Assembly: GCA_021648525.1 (NCBI GenBank)
Contig: JAKISP010000010.1
Span: forward strand, 5,695-69,694
Direction of reading: 5' to 3'
DNA: 64,000 bases
Origin: Gammaproteobacteria bacterium
GTDB taxonomy: Bacteria > Pseudomonadota > Gammaproteobacteria > SZUA-140
The translations under genes were made by a program, and so were the position numbers. Numbering within the stretch: the first letter of the stretch is position 1; each line of letters opens with the position of its first letter. The notes under the pieces were generated by a model, which did not search any database, was not told where the DNA came from, and saw nothing but the letters and a program-made list of their open reading frames with translations. Positions 38,838 to 47,514 of this stretch are shown here, piece after piece.

Positions 38838-41509
38838 GAGGTCATTTTACAGGCACGTTATTGATCCTGTTTGCTGTTGTATCAATGGCAGAGTCAGCTT
38901 ATGCTGCACGCATCTCAGATATCGCGAACACAAAACATAACTTTTCGGCGACAGTTCCACCGAGTGAGACGTCTCGTACGGTTCAGGCAGTCTCTGAATC
39001 TCAAATTTGTGCGTTTTGCCATACACCGCATGGGGCGACTAACGAAGCGCGTACGCCACTTTGGAATCGCACGCTTTCGACCGCAACTTATGCACCCTAC
39101 AACTCAAGCTCGTTGGATGCAATAGATCTGGGGCAGCCAGAGGGAAAGTCTAAACTCTGTTTGTCATGCCATGACGGTACGCTGGCGATCGGATCTGTTA
39201 ATGTATTAAATCGGGTAGAACTCAAAAAAGAGGGACGTGACATTCCTTTTCAGGGGACACGCCCTGATGGCAGTATTCCAGATGGACATGGTGAGTCAAC
39301 TGGATTTACGCGCCGCATTGGTGTCGACTTAACCAATGATCACCCGATTTCATTTACTTTTGATAGTGCTCAGGCCGCGCGTGATGGTGAGCTCTATAAC
39401 CCAGAAGTTGAATTGCATATTAGAGAACGTTCGCCAGGAAGCGGCCCGCCTTTCCCGCAGTCACAACATACAGGTGTAGCGGGTTATTTACCGTTGGAAG
39501 ATGGCCAGGTGGAGTGTATCACCTGTCATGACCCGCATATTCGTTCAGATGATCCGAACGAAGGTAACATTAAATTCTTACGTGTTAACCGAATGCAACG
39601 CCACGCGGAGCCTGTTGACGGTCAGTTTAATGCGGACAACGATATTATCTGTATTTCTTGCCATGATAAAGAAGGATGGGTTGGGTCTGCGCATGCTAAT
39701 CGTCTCGCGGCAGATGAAACTTATCAACTGCCTGCTGGTAATCTACGCGAATTCCCGCGAGATACTCAGGTGTGGCAAGCGGCATGTTTGAATTGTCATG
39801 ACCCGCACACGGTTGAAGGTTCACGCCGGATTTTACGTGAGGGAACCGATGGGCCGACCAGGATTGATCCCGTGACCGGCGGTAAGTTTAAACAGGGCGG
39901 TAATCACGCAATTGAAGAAGTCTGTTTTGCCTGCCACTCACCCGATGGTGATGTGTTAGTTGGGCAGGGTAGTGTTGGTTTCCAGGTGCCGGATGTTAAG
40001 ACTGATTTTGTGACACCAGGCAACACCCATATGCCACTGCAGAGTGCAGATCAACGCGCTGGTCGTGAAGTGCATTCGATTGGTAGCGGCAGAGATGGTG
40101 TGGAAGGAAAAACGCGAGGCCAGGATTTTGTTGAATCCCCAGAGATGATGGGTAAGGGGAATTTGATGAATCGTCACGTAGAATGTACCGACTGCCATAA
40201 TCCTCATCGTGTCGCTAAAAATCGCATGTTCAATGCAAACAACGCGATTCCAGATGTAGAGGGTACGCATCCACATACACCCACTGATATTGCGGCTAAT
40301 GGTTTAACCATGCACACCAACCTTGCTTCAGGGGTGTTAAGGGGGATTACTGGCGTTGAGCCTGTGTATGGATCCACTGCTTTTGGTAGCGAGCCTGTGA
40401 GTTTTACCCTTAAACGTGGAGACCCCGGAACGGGTGGGAGTACTGAGGTTGGCGCCCCTTATGTCACGCGTGAATATCAAGTCTGTCTTAAGTGTCATTC
40501 AAACTATACTTACGATACACCGCCCCCTTTAGGTTTGCACGGTGGGAGTACCGCGCCGGGTACGAATGCGATGTTTGAATACACCAATCAGGCGATGGAG
40601 TATCAAGCGCCTCCTTCCCATATGGGCGAGGTGAGTTCATTTCCAGCACCGGGATGGGGGCCATTTGTTGGTGTCGATGGCGAGGGAAACAGCGTTGATT
40701 TTGAAAATAACAATCATCGCTCATGGCACCCTGTGATGGATAGAACTGGACGTACTGCGACAGAACGGCTTGCCGACCCTGATGTCTGGCGTTCACCGTT
40801 TAATATCCCTGGCGCATTAGGGGAGCAAACGATGTACTGCACCGACTGCCACGGCAATAACACCGCGAGTGATACCGTTATTCCAAATGGTGGCGTTAAT
40901 GGTGAAGTCTGGGGGCCTCATGGCTCGCAAAATAATTTTCTATTAAAAGGACCCTGGGATGATAATACCGGGCGGCAGCAGCCTGAGGGGCTGTGTTTCA
41001 GGTGTCACGAATTTGATCAATATGGCCGAGACTCAGGAATCGCGACCTCCTTAACCCCGCCCGTGCTTGCTAGTGGATTTAAAGTAATCAATAACGTGGC
41101 TTTTGGTTGTATTAATTTTAAGCTGGTTAATCTGCACATTGGACATAATAAATCCATTGCCCCGGGCGTGACTAATTTCCGTTGCACGCTTTGTCATATT
41201 GCGGTGCCTCATGGTTGGAAAAATAAAGTATTCCTCGCGAATCTAAATGATGTTGGGCTAGAGGCGAGCCTCGCGCCTGGCACGCAGGTGAGATATTTAG
41301 GGTTTGCGGGTAATACGAATAAAGCGAATGGAACCGGACGCTACTACGCTGGCCCGTACTACAATGGTGCCGCATTAAAAGTCAATACCTTTTCACGCAG
41401 TGGCGCCTGGCTTGAGACAGGTTGTGGCTCATCTGGAAACCCTGGTAATGGTGAACTTGGGTTTGGCTGGATGACGAGTCTTGACGAAACATGCGCATCA
41501 TTACCATAA
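38834..41509 (+). CDS. large multiheme c-type cytochrome (891 aa, 11 CXXCH), doubled-CXXCH family, candidate outer-membrane or extracellular cytochrome
   Basis: Its start overlaps the NHL gene stop (ATGA). It has a signal peptide. There are 11 CXXCH motifs (CAFCHTPH, CLSCHDG, CITCHDPH, CISCHDK, CLNCHDPH, CFACHSPD, CTDCHNPH, CLKCHSN, CTDCHGNN, CFRCHEF, CTLCHIA). The N-terminal module TKHNFS...ICAFCHTPHG...PLWNR parallels the tetraheme protein at 29520. Confidence 0.8.
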   Translation: MRGHFTGTLLILFAVVSMAESAYAARISDIANTKHNFSATVPPSETSRTVQAVSESQICAFCHTPHGATNEARTPLWNRTLSTATYAPYNSSSLDAIDLGQPEGKSKLCLSCHDGTLAIGSVNVLNRVELKKEGRDIPFQGTRPDGSIPDGHGESTGFTRRIGVDLTNDHPISFTFDSAQAARDGELYNPEVELHIRERSPGSGPPFPQSQHTGVAGYLPLEDGQVECITCHDPHIRSDDPNEGNIKFLRVNRMQRHAEPVDGQFNADNDIICISCHDKEGWVGSAHANRLAADETYQLPAGNLREFPRDTQVWQAACLNCHDPHTVEGSRRILREGTDGPTRIDPVTGGKFKQGGNHAIEEVCFACHSPDGDVLVGQGSVGFQVPDVKTDFVTPGNTHMPLQSADQRAGREVHSIGSGRDGVEGKTRGQDFVESPEMMGKGNLMNRHVECTDCHNPHRVAKNRMFNANNAIPDVEGTHPHTPTDIAANGLTMHTNLASGVLRGITGVEPVYGSTAFGSEPVSFTLKRGDPGTGGSTEVGAPYVTREYQVCLKCHSNYTYDTPPPLGLHGGSTAPGTNAMFEYTNQAMEYQAPPSHMGEVSSFPAPGWGPFVGVDGEGNSVDFENNNHRSWHPVMDRTGRTATERLADPDVWRSPFNIPGALGEQTMYCTDCHGNNTASDTVIPNGGVNGEVWGPHGSQNNFLLKGPWDDNTGRQQPEGLCFRCHEFDQYGRDSGIATSLTPPVLASGFKVINNVAFGCINFKLVNLHIGHNKSIAPGVTNFRCTLCHIAVPHGWKNKVFLANLNDVGLEASLAPGTQVRYLGFAGNTNKANGTGRYYAGPYYNGAALKVNTFSRSGAWLETGCGSSGNPGNGELGFGWMTSLDETCASLP

Positions 41510-42543
41510 GCGGAGTGCTGCGCCGTCTGGCATCAACAAAGCTAACATTATTATGGATGTTACTGTTAGCCGTTGGTGCAGCGCTGAGTTACGATAATCC
41601 TGAGGATACTTCGATCTGGGTCTTGATCGTACCGATGTCACTGCTGGCGCTTAACCTGATCGCTGCAATTATCAGTAACCCCCGCATCAATCGACGTGGC
41701 GGTCTGCTAGTATTCCATCTGGGCTTGTTAAGTATTGTTGTGCTGGCTGCGATTGGTCGCCTGACCCATATGGATGGACGTGTTGAAATTATCTCTGGCG
41801 CTGAGTTCTCACCTGAAATAGTCACCGATATACATAGCGGTCCGCTGCATAGCGGTGCACTGGCTGATGTGAATTTTGTACAGGGGCCATTTACAGTTGA
41901 GTATCGTCCTCAGATGATGCGAGGCCTTACCTATAGTCAGGTTGCCCTGCCTGATAATAAAGGTGGGTGGCGAGAAGCAGTGGTGGGTGATGACCGCCCG
42001 CTCCTGGTTGAGGGATACCGTTTCTATACCACTTTCAATAAAGGGTTCGCGCCAATATTAAGCTGGACGAGTCATGATGGACGGGTGGCTGAAACTGGCG
42101 CTGTTCATATGCCCTCATACCCCTTGTTTGATTTTAAACAGTCAAATAGCTGGACACCTCAGGGAGGCGATGAAATTAAATTCTGGTTGCAGTTAGAAAC
42201 CGGCCTTACCACTGAAGAGGCGTGGGTGCTCGATGGACGACGTGCGACAGGTACGCTGGTAGTTAATGTATCGGGTGAACGTACGGAATTATTACCGGGA
42301 GAGAGTGTCAAAATGGCGGGTGGTACATTACGTTACGAGCAGCTTACGACCTGGATGGGCTACAAATTATTTTATGACCCCACATTACAGTGGATGTTTC
42401 TCGCCGCATTTATCACGATTGCTGGGCTTGCCGCCCATTTTTGGCAAAAACTGGCGGCAGAACCACTGGGACTGGATGATGCGCTACGACATGAAAAACA
42501 GCATGCAAAAGGATCGGTGCCTGCATCGCGTTCGGCAGCGTAG
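41491..42543 (+). CDS. System II cytochrome c biogenesis protein ResB/Ccs1 (CcsB) family
   Basis: It has an N-terminal TM pair, a large periplasmic domain and a C-terminal TM (WMGYKLFYDPTLQWMFLAAFITIAGL). It lies immediately upstream of a CcsA/ResC gene. It is shorter (350 aa) than canonical ResB. Confidence 0.6.
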   Translation: MRIITISGVLRRLASTKLTLLWMLLLAVGAALSYDNPEDTSIWVLIVPMSLLALNLIAAIISNPRINRRGGLLVFHLGLLSIVVLAAIGRLTHMDGRVEIISGAEFSPEIVTDIHSGPLHSGALADVNFVQGPFTVEYRPQMMRGLTYSQVALPDNKGGWREAVVGDDRPLLVEGYRFYTTFNKGFAPILSWTSHDGRVAETGAVHMPSYPLFDFKQSNSWTPQGGDEIKFWLQLETGLTTEEAWVLDGRRATGTLVVNVSGERTELLPGESVKMAGGTLRYEQLTTWMGYKLFYDPTLQWMFLAAFITIAGLAAHFWQKLAAEPLGLDDALRHEKQHAKGSVPASRSAA

Positions 42544-42564
42544 CGGTGTAAGGAGATTGGAACG

Positions 42565-43425
42565 ATGACAGAATTACCATGGTTATACGCAGGCATCGCA
42601 GCCTATGCATTTGCAGCTATCGCAGCGCTGGTGGGTGTGGCACGATTAGGCACAACGATGGCGACTGTTGGCGGGGTCAGTAGCGTCAGTGAAAGCCAGC
42701 GCAATAATGAAAGACTGGTGCTTTTATTGATGACCACGAGTGTGATTTTACTGACGATCACGCTAGCTGATCGCTGGCTGCGCATTGGCCATGGCCCGTT
42801 TGTAAACCTGTTTGAGTTATTAATCAGCCAGCTCTTTAGCCTTGGTCTGGTTTATACCATCGCTTACTGGCGCATCCCTGTATTGCGTACCACATCCGTG
42901 GTGGTGTTGCCGCTGATGGGTGTGTTAGCTGTGTGGGTCATGGTGCTTGAACCGTCAGATAGTGTATTCCCGCCCACTTATCACAACCCATGGCTATGGG
43001 CACATGTTGGCTTTGGTAAATTTTTCCTCGCCTTTTGTTTAATCGGCACCGGGTTAGCTGGCGTGATCTTACTACGTAGTTATGGCTTTTTTAAAAACCT
43101 GTTTCGTCATCTGCCTGATAATGTCATCCTCGATAAACTGGCGTGGCGATTTATGTTGCTTGCGCTGGTGTTTGATAGCCTGATGTTATGTGCCGGTGCG
43201 GTTTGGGCACAGGATGCATGGGGACGCTACTGGGCATGGGATGCGCTGGAAACATCATCATTCCTTAACTGGCTGCTATTAGGTGCCTCAATACATGCGC
43301 GCACAACCTATAATGTTCCTATCCGGTTAGGTGCAGTTCTGATTATCAGTGTTCTTGTTTTTGCATTTGTCACCTACTTTGGCACCCCTTTCTATAGCGA
43401 AGCGGCACACAAAGGGGTGATATAG
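42565..43425 (+). CDS. cytochrome c-type biogenesis protein CcsA/ResC (heme-handling WWD-domain protein)
   Basis: It is 286 aa with multiple TM helices. It has the Trp-rich WWD motif WGRYWAWDALETSSFLNWLLL and conserved His residues. Confidence 0.8.
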   Translation: MTELPWLYAGIAAYAFAAIAALVGVARLGTTMATVGGVSSVSESQRNNERLVLLLMTTSVILLTITLADRWLRIGHGPFVNLFELLISQLFSLGLVYTIAYWRIPVLRTTSVVVLPLMGVLAVWVMVLEPSDSVFPPTYHNPWLWAHVGFGKFFLAFCLIGTGLAGVILLRSYGFFKNLFRHLPDNVILDKLAWRFMLLALVFDSLMLCAGAVWAQDAWGRYWAWDALETSSFLNWLLLGASIHARTTYNVPIRLGAVLIISVLVFAFVTYFGTPFYSEAAHKGVI

Positions 43426-43433
43426 CGGAGTAG

Positions 43434-44219
43434 ATGGTGGACGTGGATAAGAAAAAAAATAGTAATGAAACGATAGTTACAACCCTTTCACTGTTAATGG
43501 TTGGAATTGTCAGTGCTGCGATTGTGATGTTGATGATGCAGGACGACCCAGGCAAGACGGGGGCATCAATCACACTGGAAGCACTACAGGGATCATCGGT
43601 CGCTCAACTACCCCCGCCCCCCGTAAATAACGCAATGTCTTCGGTCGAAATAGCAATACCCGCACTACAAACGCCAGTGCCGCAAGTGGCCGCACCTCAA
43701 ACAGAAGAAGCGAAACGCATGGCTGAAATAACCACGCGTTTTGAACAGGCGGTGGTGATGCTACATGCCAGACAATATGAACATGCCGCAACCGCACTGC
43801 ATCGAGTGATGACATTGGCGCCCAGAATGCCTGAAGTCTATGTGAATATGGGGTATGCAAAGTTAGGCCAGGCATTACCCAATGAAGCGCTGGTCTTTTT
43901 TGAAACTGCGACACAGCTAAAACCAGAGCAGGCGAATGCCTACTGGGGAATGGCTGTTGCGCTGGAAAATAGTGGTGACCTTGCGGGTGCTTTAGGTGCG
44001 ATGCGTACTTTCCTGCACCTCTCATCCGGTGATGACAACTTCGCACGACGCGCACGCTCAGCACTGTGGGAGTGGGAAGAGGCACTCGCTCGCGGGCCGT
44101 TGCCGGAAGAAGAAAAAGAATTTCTTGAACGTGGGGCGTTGCAGTGGGAATCTCGCAATACGCCGCGTGATGATGCCGATAGTGGAGAGCAAACACTACA
44201 GGTGCAACCGCTTCAATAA
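43434..44219 (+). CDS. membrane-anchored TPR-repeat protein (CcmI/NrfG-like apocytochrome chaperone candidate)
   Basis: It has an N-terminal TM helix, then a Pro-rich linker. It has TPR-like repeats (YEHAATALHRVMTLAP, EVYVNMGYAKLGQ, ANAYWGMAVALENSGDLAGA). Confidence 0.55.
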   Translation: MVDVDKKKNSNETIVTTLSLLMVGIVSAAIVMLMMQDDPGKTGASITLEALQGSSVAQLPPPPVNNAMSSVEIAIPALQTPVPQVAAPQTEEAKRMAEITTRFEQAVVMLHARQYEHAATALHRVMTLAPRMPEVYVNMGYAKLGQALPNEALVFFETATQLKPEQANAYWGMAVALENSGDLAGALGAMRTFLHLSSGDDNFARRARSALWEWEEALARGPLPEEEKEFLERGALQWESRNTPRDDADSGEQTLQVQPLQ

Positions 44220-44233
44220 TAGAGTACTACTGA

Positions 44234-44884
44234 ATGAAACACCTGACGACAATATTATTAACGCTTATGTTTGTAGGCTTTGCTGCTCAGGCAACCGCTG
44301 CACCGTTGCAGCCGTCCTTTCAAAAGGATCGGCACTATAAAGAAATTAATGGCGCACAATCGACTTACCAGGGTGAGAAGGTCGAAGTGCTGGAGCTGTT
44401 ATGGTACGGTTGTCAAACCTGTTATGTCATCCAGGAGGGCCTTGAAAATTGGCTGGCAGGCACGGGTAAAGTAATTAATTACCGTCGTATGCCTGCAGTC
44501 GTACACGATAATATGATGCTGCTAGCGCGAGCCTTTTATGCGGCTGAAGTGTTAGGGATCATGAGTAAAATACATAAACCGCTATTTTCTGCGATTCATG
44601 AATCGCGTCGCCAGCTGATAACAGAAGCGGCCGTAGCCGAATTTTTTGCTGAGCAAGGCGTTGCAGAAAAAGACTTTACACGCGCGTTGAATAGCGCATA
44701 CGTCAATGGAAAAATTCGACGTTCACGGATGATGAGTCAACGCTATGGGATCCAGGGAGCGCCATCGATTATCGTTGATAGTCGGTATCTGGTTGATCCT
44801 TCCCTGGTGCGTAGTCCAGAAGAATTTATTGATGTGGTTGATTTTCTGGTGAATAAAGTCAGGATGACTGTAAGAGAAAAGTGA
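44234..44884 (+). CDS. DsbA-family periplasmic thiol:disulfide oxidoreductase (CQTC active site)
   Basis: It has a signal peptide. Its thioredoxin-fold active site is LWYGCQTCY. It has a DsbA-like helical insertion and the C-terminal cis-Pro region GAPSIIVD. Confidence 0.65.
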   Translation: MKHLTTILLTLMFVGFAAQATAAPLQPSFQKDRHYKEINGAQSTYQGEKVEVLELLWYGCQTCYVIQEGLENWLAGTGKVINYRRMPAVVHDNMMLLARAFYAAEVLGIMSKIHKPLFSAIHESRRQLITEAAVAEFFAEQGVAEKDFTRALNSAYVNGKIRRSRMMSQRYGIQGAPSIIVDSRYLVDPSLVRSPEEFIDVVDFLVNKVRMTVREK

Positions 44885-45071
44885 CCTTGTTCTGAGACGA
44901 AGCGCTTATTAATTTACAAAAGTGTTATCGAAATATCCTTACTCACAGAGAAAAAGAGCGACCACCGATCCCGCCTGGCCAGGCCGCAACCGGTGATGCC
45001 TCTGAAGAACGCCCTGATTGATCATATGCATTTTTTCTAAAGTCGATACTTTTCTATCCGATATTGAAATT

Positions 45072-46925
45072 ATGAGAAAAAACAATCGGAAAAGCGAAGA
45101 GGTGAAGCCGCGGGTTGTATTGCAATATAATGCGTTTGACCGTATTTGTGGCATCCACCCCTTCAAATCCGCAGTTCCTGATGGCTTTGTTGAGTATGCA
45201 GTGAAGACTCGTAGTGGCGGCGAGGTGTTCTATTTTAATTTTGAACTGGCCCTGGAGATGGGGCTTCTATCTGAAAATAATCCTCAATCGTTAAATAAAA
45301 AATTAAGCCAAAAGCTGCTTGATACTTTTAGTATCGAAATAATTAATGAATATGAGATCGAAAATGGTGCACAGGTTCCTGTTGCTGATATTCGTTCTGA
45401 AAAATATATGGCGACGCGTTATCTACAGCTTCAACATCCAGGTCGATCAGGTTTGACCTCTGGCGATGGTCGTAGTTTATGGAATGGCTGTTTTACTGGA
45501 AAAGGAGTGACGTGGGATATTTCAAGTTGTGGTACCGGTGTTACCTGCTTAAGTCCGGCGGCTGCACATGAAGGGCGAAACGTTAAAACGGGTGATAAGA
45601 ATGTATCGTATGGCAGTGGCCGTGGTGATCTACTTGATGGCGTTGGTGCCGCGTTGATGAGTGATATTTTTCACCGCAGTAAGATTGCCACTGAACGTAC
45701 CCTGTTATTAATTGGTTATCCTGATGGCACCTCGGTGAATGTACGTGCTGCAAAGAATCTTTTAAGGCCTGCTCACTTCTTTCATCATTTAAAGCAAGGT
45801 CAGTATGAGCGATTAAAAGGGGCGGTTGATTACTATATTGATCGACAGGTTAGCAATGGTGAATGGCCAGTAGTACGAGGTGATGCACGTTATGCAGCAA
45901 TGCTTGATCATGTGGCGAGATTATTTGGCAAGATGGCTGCTCGTCTGGAAAGTGATTATATTTTTTGCTGGATGGACTGGGATGGCGATAATATTCTGTG
46001 TGATGGCGGGATTATTGATTATGGTTCTCTGCGTCAATTTGGTCTGTTTCATCATGAGTATCGTTACGATGATGCAGAACGTATGTCTACTTCAATTACG
46101 GAGCAGAAAAATAAAGCAAAATATATTATTCAAACCTTTGCACAGCTCATTGATTATTTGATTTTTGGTAACAAAAGGCCGATTAAATTATTTGCTAAGT
46201 CTTCTGCCGTTAAGCTGTTTCTTGATGTGTTTTCACAGACGAAAAATGAGTTGTTACTGAACAAAATGGGGTTCACTGATAAAGCTGTACAGTTATTTTT
46301 ACTCGATAAAAAAAATATTGGTGTGATTGAGGAATTTAGTCGTGTTTATTCAACATTTGAGCGGACTAAATCTATTCGTGGGCTTTATGCTGTGGGTGAT
46401 GGTGTCAGTTGGGACGCGGTATTTTGTATGCGAGATATCCTTCGTGAATTGCCCGCCTGGTATCAGGCAGATGGTGACTGGATGACAGCAGAAAGTTTTG
46501 TTCAGATTATGCGTTCAGATTATGCTGAAGAGAAAGATGTTGAAATATCATCATACCGACGACGGCAGGTGCGCTGTTTTCAGCGCCTGTACTGGCGGAT
46601 TGTGGAGAGCGTCGCTTCACTTTCCGCCCAGACTGAAGATGAGTTGATTGATGATATAGTGCTGCGTTCGGCGGTGATCAATCGATATGAACGTGTGACG
46701 GGTGATGCCTTAATTTATGTTGCGAAGCAGCTAATTAAGCTGAATAGCAGCGTCAGTAAAAATGTCCTGCACCAGATGTTTGAGGGGTTTGTTGGGCAGC
46801 AGGTGTTGATCCCCGGTAAGCTAACACCATTTCCATTGCCACACCCGGCAGGCAAGCCAACCACTGCATATTCCGGATATCAAAAACTATTTAAGGTCAT
46901 TCGGGAGTGTCGAGAAGGTATTTAA
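45072..46925 (+). CDS. SelO/YdiU-family protein (protein adenylyltransferase-like pseudokinase fold), divergent
   Basis: There are blocks alignable to E. coli YdiU. [9 protein letters not shown] matches [40 protein letters not shown] matches [40 protein letters not shown] matches [37 protein letters not shown] matches [20 protein letters not shown]. Confidence 0.5.
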   Translation: [617 protein letters not shown]

Positions 46926-46943
46926 AGTCTGCGATGCTGGGGG

Positions 46944-47207
46944 TTAATCGCTGGCTAATGAGCGCTTTTTTTTACTGGAAAATTTTTTTATCTGCATTTC
47001 TCTCTTGAGTGCGGCTGAGCGGCTATCCACCTGTTCATAATAATGAAGTTTTACCGGCCGGCGTGAACGTGTGTAGCGCGCCCCGAGGGTGCTGTTATTA
47101 TGCTCATTTATGCGCCGTTCGATATCGGTAGTAATGCCGGTGTAGAGAGTGTTGTCGCGGCACTTAACGATGTAGACATGCCATAACCGTTGGCTGGTGG
47201 CTAGCAT
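46944..47207 (-). CDS. GIY-YIG nuclease family protein (UPF0213/YhbQ-like)
   Basis: It is 87 aa. It has the GIY-YIG motif (WHVYIVKC...LYTGITTDIERRINEHN). Confidence 0.75.
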   Translation of the reverse strand: MLATSQRLWHVYIVKCRDNTLYTGITTDIERRINEHNNSTLGARYTRSRRPVKLHYYEQVDSRSAALKREMQIKKFSSKKKRSLASD

Positions 47208-47222
47208 TGGATTGGCATTGGC

Positions 47223-47432
47223 TCAGGCATTAAGGTCAGGGATAAGTTGACTCTCTAGTTTTGATATTATGTCTTTGAGCCATAGTTTTCGTTTTTTCAT
47301 ACGCTTCAATAGTAATTGGTCTGCTTTGGTTTGTGATGAGAGTTGCGTGATGACCGCGTCAAGATCTCGGTGTTCAAGGCGAAGGGTGTTAAGACGAAGC
47401 GTAATGGCCTCTTTTTCATCGGTCTGTTGCAT
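47223..47432 (-). CDS. DUF465 (YdcH-like) small protein
   Basis: It is 69 aa. It has LRLEHRDLDAVI...LKRMKKRKLWLKDII...LIPD, characteristic of DUF465. Confidence 0.65.
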   Translation of the reverse strand: MQQTDEKEAITLRLNTLRLEHRDLDAVITQLSSQTKADQLLLKRMKKRKLWLKDIISKLESQLIPDLNA

Positions 47433-47514
47433 GGTTTAATTGTAATTGAATTTAGGAATAAAGAAATCGTTTGTTATCAAGTTTATCAAATCAGTGCGTG
47501 GTTGATGTCTGTGC

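Noticed and set aside
43570-44196. A 208-aa minus-strand ORF
   Set aside because: It is fully antisense to the TPR gene. It has His/Arg/Pro-rich nonsense composition.
45880-46161. A 93-aa + strand ORF
   Set aside because: It is an out-of-frame overlap inside the SelO-like gene.
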